The translations under genes and the position numbers were made by a program. Positions 9,401-14,148 of a stretch of DNA of 32,000 nt are shown here, piece by piece. The DNA is from an uncultured Chloroflexia bacterium (lineage in GTDB: Bacteria > Chloroflexota > Anaerolineae > Anaerolineales > Anaerolineaceae): contig OY969938.1 of NCBI GenBank assembly GCA_963704755.1, positions 3,570,001 to 3,602,000 of the forward strand. Direction: 5' to 3'. The notes beneath the pieces are model-generated. The model saw nothing but the letters and a program-made list of their open reading frames with translations, was not told the DNA's origin and searched no databases. How positions within the stretch are numbered: the first letter of the stretch is position 1; each line of letters opens with the position of its first letter.

Positions 9401-12075
9401 GCCGGGGAGGCGTTGCTGCCGTTCGAGGTCTGCAAGGCGCCGGCCGGCAGGCTGCTGAGCAGGGCACTGCTCCCGGCCGCGGCGCTGACGCTGGCGGTGA
9501 CCGTACAACTTCCCCCGGCCGCGATCACGCCATCCGCCAGGCTAATCGAGGTGGCGCTGCTGGAAACCGTGCCACCACATTGGCTGGCGTTCGGCACGCT
9601 GGCCAGGGTCAGGCCGGCCGGCAAGTCGTCGCTAAAGGCCACGCCGGTCATGGCCGTACTGGTGTTTGGATTGGTAATGGTAAAGGTCAGCCCGGTCGCT
9701 TGACCGGCGACCACCGGGTTGGGAGAGAAGACTTTGCTGATCGAGGGTGGGTTGTAAACGGTCAGGGTATCGCAAACATCATCCTGGTTGGATGTACCCA
9801 AATTATCAGTTACAGTACCGGCAGGCAGACAGTTCAAATACGTCCCGGCGCTTGGGGCAGTCACCGAGATTTCCATGGTGCAAGAGGTCAGCCCGGCCAG
9901 CGAACCGCCGGCCAGGGTCAATTGTGTATCGGTACTGGATAGGGTGCCGCCGCACTGGTTCGCATCCGGAGGCGTGGCAATCGTCAGGCCGGTGGGCATA
10001 TTGTCGATCAATCCCAGGCTGGTCAGGGGTACATTGCTGGTGTTCTCGAGGGTGATGGTCAGGGTGGAGGAATTGCCGCTGCCGGACTGGATCCGGCTGG
10101 GGCCAAAGAACTTGATCGCCCGCACGCCGGCTGCGTTGGTCAGGGTGGCGGAAGCGTCCTGGTCGTTGCTGGCCCCGTTGGTGCTGGTCACCGCCCCGGC
10201 CGGGATTTTGTTGATCAGGTTGCCGTCGACGTCCATGGTGACGTCCACGGTCAGGGAGCAGCTCTTGGTGGCGCCGGTCCCCAGGCTGCCGCCGCTAAAG
10301 CTAAAGGAGGTGGCGCCGGGCACGGCCGTGATCGTCCCGCCGCAGGTGCCGGTTGAGGCGTGGGCCGGGTTGGCGATGGACATCCCGCCGGTGTCGTCCG
10401 TAGTTTGGGGCAGGTCATCGGTGAAGGCAATTCCCGAGAGGGGCACCGAGTTGGGGTTGGTCAACTGGACGGTCAAAACCGAGCTGGAACCCCCAAAAAC
10501 GCTGATCGGGTCGAAGCCTTTGACCACGTCGATGCGGATGGCGCTGATGCCCAAATCGGCGGTGGCCTGCTGCTGGTTGGAGACGGTGGTGCTCGTTCCG
10601 TGGATCTTGCCGGACACCGCATTGACCGGGATGGTATTGCGGTACGAGGCATCACTGCCCTTGCCGGTCACATCCACGGTAATGGTACAAATACCGGGTA
10701 CGCTGCCGACCTGGGCCGGGATGATCCCGCCGCTCAATGATATCGACTGGCTGCCGGCCGTCGCGGTGAGGGTTGCGCCGCCGTCGGTACAGGTGGTGGA
10801 GGCGTTCGGTGTGGGGGCAATGACGACCCCCGCGGAGGTGCTGCCCGGTAGGGTATCGCTCAACGAGACGGTATCGAGCTGGCTGTAATTGGTATTGGTC
10901 AGTTTGATGGTCAGGGTCGAGACACCGTCCGGGTTGACCGAAATGGGGTCGAAGCTCTTGCTGACGGTCAGGCCGCTGACCGTCAGGGTGGCCGAGAAAT
11001 TGCCGCCCATGTTGCGGTTTTCGGTGTCACTAATATTGGCCGGAGAAATGGTATTGGTATACGTGCCGGGCTGGTTGCTGGTGACGTTGACGGCGATGGA
11101 ACACAGGCCCCCGGCCGTGACGCTGCCGCCCGTGGCGGACAGGAGGGTATCGCCGGCGGATGGGGAAAAGGTCATGCTGCCGCAGTTACTGGTAGTCGGG
11201 TTCGGTGTGGCGGCCACCAGGATCCCACTGGGGAGCGCGTCGGTGATGGCGAAATTGGACAGCGAAGTATCGGCCGGGGCGCGGAAATTAACCGTCAGTC
11301 GCGAAGTCCCACCGACCTGAATGCTGTTGGGGTTGAAGCTCTTACTCCCCGAAACGCCCAGGCCGGTCCCATAGGTAGTCAGGTTGGCCGTGGCCGCGGT
11401 GATATTGTGGATGACCTGGCTTGTGCTGGTGGTTGCGCTCAACGCGCCGGCCGGGATCACATTGGTGTAGGTAGCCGGCGTCGAGGAAGTAACCCAGGCC
11501 TGGATGGTACAACTACCCGGTGTGGTGATTGTGCCGGCCGAAATCGTACCGCCGGTCAAGGAAATCAGGCGGGTCCCCGCCGTGGCGGTGAGGGTCCCAC
11601 CGCAATCGGTGCTGGCCACCGGGGTGTCGAGAAGGGATAGCCCGACCGGAAGGGTGTCGTTAATTGAAACAGAGGTGTAAGCCTCCGGTGATGGGTTTTT
11701 TAGCGAGATTGTAAGTTCGCTTTTACCGCCGGACTGAAACGCGGTGGGGTTAAAAGCCTTGGCAATGCTGATTTCCTGTACGTTCAATGGAGCCGAGGCC
11801 GCGGCGGAGTTGGTCACCCCTTGCAGCGTGCGGACGGTGTTGGCCGGCAAGATATTGGTGTACGTCCCGGGTGTATCCGAGGTGACATTGACCTTGATCG
11901 AGCAGGTTGCGCCAATGGCGATACCTGCACCGCTTAAATTCAGGGAAGTATCGCCTGGGGCCAGGGCCGAACCGCCTGAGCCGGTGACGGCGGCACCGGC
12001 GCCGCAGTTCGTGTTCCAGCCAGAGGGCAGGGCCGGGTTGGCCACGACCACGTTGGTGGGCAGCGAATCGCTCAG
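1..12075 (-). CDS. Giant secreted cell-surface repeat protein, main body (about 4,025 codons). It runs past the left window edge and joins 12077-12742 across a 1-nt frameshift.
   Basis: I translated the reverse complement by hand in the frame whose codon first bases fall on coordinates divisible by 3. It is open everywhere I read it (12075-10500, around 10100, 9060-1). The supplied track lists no Met-to-stop ORF in this frame although the product contains many Met. So there is no in-frame stop in the window and the ORF leaves the left edge, which explains its absence from the track. The product is built from recognisable repeat families (see repeat features). The plus-strand ORFs listed here are Gly/Arg/Val-rich shadows. 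Confidence 0.85.
   Translation of the reverse strand, partial: [4025 protein letters not shown]
3457..5193 (-). repeat. Four CARDB-like units of about 145 aa each.
   Basis: Units start with (Y/P)DL(A/I/V/K)(I/V)(V/S/T)K(S/T)NN... and end with the CARDB-type tail D-P-D-x-x-(V/I)-x-E-S-(D/N)-(E/D)-x-N-N. Example: [58 protein letters not shown]...[29 protein letters not shown]. The first unit (from 5193) is the most divergent. Confidence 0.6.
5194..5913 (-). repeat. Two DUF7507-like repeat units (second pair).
   Basis: The two units read [36 protein letters not shown]...[42 protein letters not shown] and [36 protein letters not shown]...[41 protein letters not shown]. Confidence 0.6.
5914..6670 (-). 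repeat. Two more two-Cys Ig-like units of the same type as 7356-12604.
   Basis: The two units begin [63 protein letters not shown]... and [64 protein letters not shown]... Confidence 0.7.
6671..7355 (-). repeat. Two DUF7507-like repeat units (first pair).
   Basis: Hand translation gives two units. Unit 1: [89 protein letters not shown]. Unit 2: [90 protein letters not shown]. The family name is from memory of the motif, not from an HMM run. Confidence 0.6.
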
Positions 12076-12604
12076 AAGAAACCTGGGAGAGCGGGTAATT
12101 CGGGTCGGTATTGTGGATCGAGATGGTCAAAACACTGGTCTGGCCGATCCAGACAGTATTGGGTGCAAATGCCTTGCTCACCGAAGGGGCGAGGACCGAG
12201 TTGACCTGCAAAGTGGCACTGGCGTCACTGGTGTTGGTGATGTCGATGCCGCTGTCGAGCGCATCTTTGGCGGTCAAGGCACCGATAGGAATGGTATTGA
12301 GCAGGTTGCCGGCTGTGGTTGAGGTCACATCGATGGACACCTGGCAGGAGCCCGGGGTGGTGTTGACCTGAGCGGGTACTGTACCGCCGACCAGGGATAA
12401 TTTATTTCCGATGGTGGTGACCGTGCCGGAGCAGGTCGTGGAAATGTTCGCCGGGCTGGCAAAAGTCAATCCGGCCGGTAAAGTGTCCACCCAGGCGGCC
12501 GGGTCGGTCGATAGCGTCAGAGCAAACGAGTTCGGGTTATAAATGAACACCGTCATCCGGGAGGTACCCCCGGTGGCGATGGATATAGGCGAAAAGGCCT
12601 TGTT
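7356..12604 (-). repeat. 13 tandem protein-coding repeats of about 130-140 aa: a two-Cys, Ig-like/DUF11-superfamily-like unit.
   Basis: Units start near 12600, 12170, 11755, 11335, 10950, 10510, 10100, 9720, 9340, 8930, 8520, 8110 and 7715. The consensus read by eye is SKAFxPxxIxxGxxSTLTITLxNPNxxxLxxVxFxDxLPxGLxVAxxPxxxTTCGGxLTAxxGxxxIxLxGGxIPAxxxCTVxVDVTxxxxGxYxNxLxAGALxTxxG. Example at 7715: [57 protein letters not shown]...[10 protein letters not shown]. Boundaries are approximate. Confidence 0.75.
12071..12082 (-). other. Apparent frameshift (one extra nucleotide) inside repeat 2 of the giant gene.
   Basis: The coding strand reads CAG GTT TCT T CTG AGC GAT TCG CTG. Removing one T (about 12076) gives [13 protein letters not shown], which matches [10 protein letters not shown] in repeat 5. 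The downstream frame is closed by TGA at 12127-12129 and the upstream frame ends at the TAA at 11750. The switch must therefore lie between those points, and the repeat consensus pins it at about 12076. Confidence 0.75.
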
Positions 12605-12742
12605 GATTTGGGCGGGTTGGGTGGTAGTGTCGGCGTTCACCGTCTTCAAAGAAGAGGGGGCAATAGCAAGGATCAGAAGAAAAAGGATGGCAATGGGTAA
12701 GGAGAGAATGACAGAGCGATTACGGTATATAAGATTCTTCAT
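12077..12742 (-). CDS. Giant repeat protein, N-terminal segment: Sec signal peptide, repeat 1 and the first part of repeat 2, up to the frameshift.
   Basis: The ATG at 12742 has GGGA about 9 nt upstream. The N-terminus MKNLIYRNRSVILSLPIAILFLLILAIAPSSLKTVNA/DTTT has a basic n-region, a hydrophobic core and an AxA-like cleavage site. This is the track ORF 11750..12742. Its sequence is repeat-like up to ...NTDPNYPLSQVS (ending 12077). After that it becomes Arg/Gly/Pro-rich nonsense, while the adjacent frame continues the repeat ([14 protein letters not shown]...). Confidence 0.85.
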
Positions 12743-13112
12743 TGTTAATTCCCTAGAGGAGAGGGATGCTCCTGACGTAAAGTGGATTAATTAAAGGAAA
12801 AGAGGATTGATCTCCTCTATCGGATAATTCTCGAAACCGGCAATTTTTATGTACTTCACCGGGCGAGAAGTGAAGCATGTGCTGACGAAAATGCGAACAG
12901 GCTCCCATGGATCATTATAGGGCAGTGAAAATTGGATGGAATAAAATCCGAATAAAAATAGTTGAAGATTAACAAACCAAAAAGCTCTTGTTTGACAGCT
13001 TTATTGCCCGGCGCTGAGAAACAAGCCTTTTGATGCACGTTTTGGGCCAGAGCGCAAAATTGTTAAATCGAATTGGCCTTCTCTGTTGGGGCCCAATTTT
13101 CATGTAGTTTTA

Positions 13113-13140
13113 ATTATACATATTTCACCGGATATGTAAT
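13113..13140 (-). promoter_or_regulatory. Candidate sigma70-type promoter upstream of the giant gene.
   Basis: The minus strand reads ATTACA, a 16-nt spacer, then TATAAT with TG directly adjacent (TGTATAAT). The site lies in the AT-rich region about 370 nt upstream of the ATG at 12742. A second TATAAT sits at 12914-12919 with a poor -35. The call rests on motif match only. Confidence 0.25.
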
Positions 13141-13258
13141 ATTTTGTTTGTTCATTGAAAGGTGAAATAGAGGGAAAACCTCAAAGGTATGGCTTGTAAA
13201 GGCGGGGGAATTGCTCAAACCGGCGGCAGCTAAAGCTGCACCTGCAAATACACAAAGT

Positions 13259-13283
13259 CCCACCTTCGTGGGTCTCCTTTTTT
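13259..13283 (+). terminator. Terminator-like hairpin plus T6 on the plus strand, with no plus-strand gene upstream.
   Basis: The sequence is CCCAC CTTC GTGGG followed by TCTCCTTTTTT. The 5-bp stem is short, so this is a weak call. It could end a small plus-strand RNA. Confidence 0.3.
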
Positions 13284-13573
13284 AACAAACCAGCCCAGGG
13301 AATGCCAGGGTCTGTGTCTGCGGGGGTATGCTCGGGTTCGAAACCCGAGCTACACATTCGAAGCGCCGTAAAGATTCCCAAACATTCTCAAGAAAAATTC
13401 TTCACTGTGCGTTCGGTGTCTCAGCGGTTATTCTTCCTGGCCAGCCGATAAGAGCGGCCTCGGCCGATGGAACGGAGGTGAGACCGGGCCGATCTTCTTT
13501 GGGCCATCGTTCTTTAAACAGTAATTTCTTCTCCGCGTCCTCAGCGCCTCAGCGGTGAACATTCTTGAATAAT

Positions 13574-13882
13574 TCATTCCTGAGCCGGATTGGCCTCGGG
13601 CAATTTCAGCGCCGGGTCGTCGATCAACAGGGGCGAGAAGGCCAGGATAGCAAAGAGCACGCACACCAGGCCGGTGGCGATGGATACGGCCGGTTCCGGC
13701 CCGGCAGCGGCGGAGCCGGTGAGCGGGACGCTTTCCTCCACCATTGCGGAGGTTTCGCCCAGGTCCGGCTGGACTGTGCGGTCGGCCTGCACCGGGCTGG
13801 CGGGGGCGATGCGTTCCAGGGCGAAGCTCACCAGGCAGAGGGTGAGTAATACGACGGCGAGCCAACCAAGTTTTTTCTTCAT
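13574..13882 (-). CDS. Small hypothetical membrane/secreted protein (102 aa) with an N-terminal signal or anchor helix and a C-terminal TM helix.
   Basis: The ATG at 13882 has AAAGGAA 6 nt upstream. Third-position GC is high, as in neighbouring genes. The sequence is MKKKLGWLAVVLLTLCLVSFA... then VSIATGLVCVLFAILAFSPLLI near the C-terminus. The overlapping track ORFs in other frames are Arg/Gly/Pro-rich. Confidence 0.55.
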   Translation of the reverse strand: MKKKLGWLAVVLLTLCLVSFALERIAPASPVQADRTVQPDLGETSAMVEESVPLTGSAAAGPEPAVSIATGLVCVLFAILAFSPLLIDDPALKLPEANPAQE

Positions 13883-13953
13883 AGGTTTTCCTTTCTAACG
13901 GGTCTTGCAAAGCAAGCGGACGGCGGTCAGCCGCTTACCGAAGGTTTTAGAGC

Positions 13954-14033
13954 CTATCCGAAAAATATATTTGGGTGTTTGTTTTGGGTGGCTTTGCCGC
14001 CCAAAACAAACACCCAATGCAATTTTCGGATAG
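13954..14033. repeat. 80-nt near-perfect inverted repeat (long hairpin).
   Basis: The core stem has 21 bp: 13971-13991 TTGGGTGTTTGTTTTGGGTGG pairs with 13997-14017 CCGCCCAAAACAAACACCCAA (one G-T pair), around the 5-nt loop CTTTG. An outer 11-bp stem (13954-13964 CTATCCGAAAA with 14023-14033 TTTTCGGATAG) is separated from the core by a small internal loop. Confidence 0.8.
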
Positions 14034-14078
14034 ATACTTAGTATTGTTGACCCATTCACTATAACGGAAGAGGCGGTT

Positions 14079-14131
14079 AAACAAATCAACCTCTGATCTG
14101 AATTGGCCTCAGACCAGAGGTTGATTTGTTT
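14079..14131 (-). terminator. Rho-independent terminator of the ABC/two-component operon (bidirectional in form).
   Basis: A 17-bp stem (14079-14095 with 14115-14131) is extended by 5 inner bp. The GC-rich core is CAACCTCTG/CAGAGGTTG. Each arm ends in ATTTGTTT, which gives a U-rich 3' tail. It lies 18 nt downstream of the response-regulator stop at 14149. Confidence 0.6.
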
Positions 14132-14148
14132 CGCGTAAGCGCTCAGAC

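Noticed and set aside
5843-11640. A series of plus-strand ORFs (5843..6796, 6487..7281, 7481..7816, 8648..9052, 9788..10888, 10889..11320 and others).
   Set aside because: They are Val/Leu/Pro/Ala-rich mirror images of the minus-strand repeat units. Their periodic similarity simply reflects the antisense of the tandem protein repeats.
11750-12076. The C-terminal third of track ORF 11750..12742.
   Set aside because: After ...LSQVS the translation becomes ERFAAHQRGRGQPGPALWLEHELRRRCRRHR.... This is out-of-frame read-through past the frameshift, not real protein.
1-12742. Regular ~400-nt periodicity that might suggest a CRISPR array or satellite.
   Set aside because: The period is far too long for CRISPR, the units are diverged, and they are in-frame protein repeats. 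There is no short conserved direct repeat with unique spacers.
13114-13263. A 49-codon minus-strand ORF (GTG start, AAGGAG 10 nt upstream) encoding MGLCVFAGAALAAAGLSNSPAF....
   Set aside because: Its third positions are AT-rich, unlike all confident genes here. It overlaps the candidate promoter, and I recognise no family. It is likely a chance ORF in AT-rich DNA.
13330-13350. GCTCGGGTTCGAAACCCGAGC resembles a tRNA T-arm (GGTTCGAAACC), suggesting a possible tRNA, tmRNA or att-site fragment.
   Set aside because: No complementary acceptor 5' strand, D-arm or anticodon arm lies within 100 nt on either strand. The 9-bp perfect stem is incompatible with tRNA geometry. I kept it only as an unexplained palindrome.
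13428-13910. A 160-aa minus ORF and two ~100-aa plus ORFs (13565..13849, 13590..13898) overlapping the small membrane-protein gene.
   Set aside because: They have Arg/Pro/Gly-rich out-of-frame composition and no SD. The 13574..13882 frame has the SD and a membrane-protein-like sequence.
13954-14033. The idea that the two long inverted repeats (13954-14033 and 30753-30807) are the ends of a mobile element.
   Set aside because: The two repeats share no sequence similarity with each other. No transposase or integrase lies between or near them, and I saw no flanking direct repeats.
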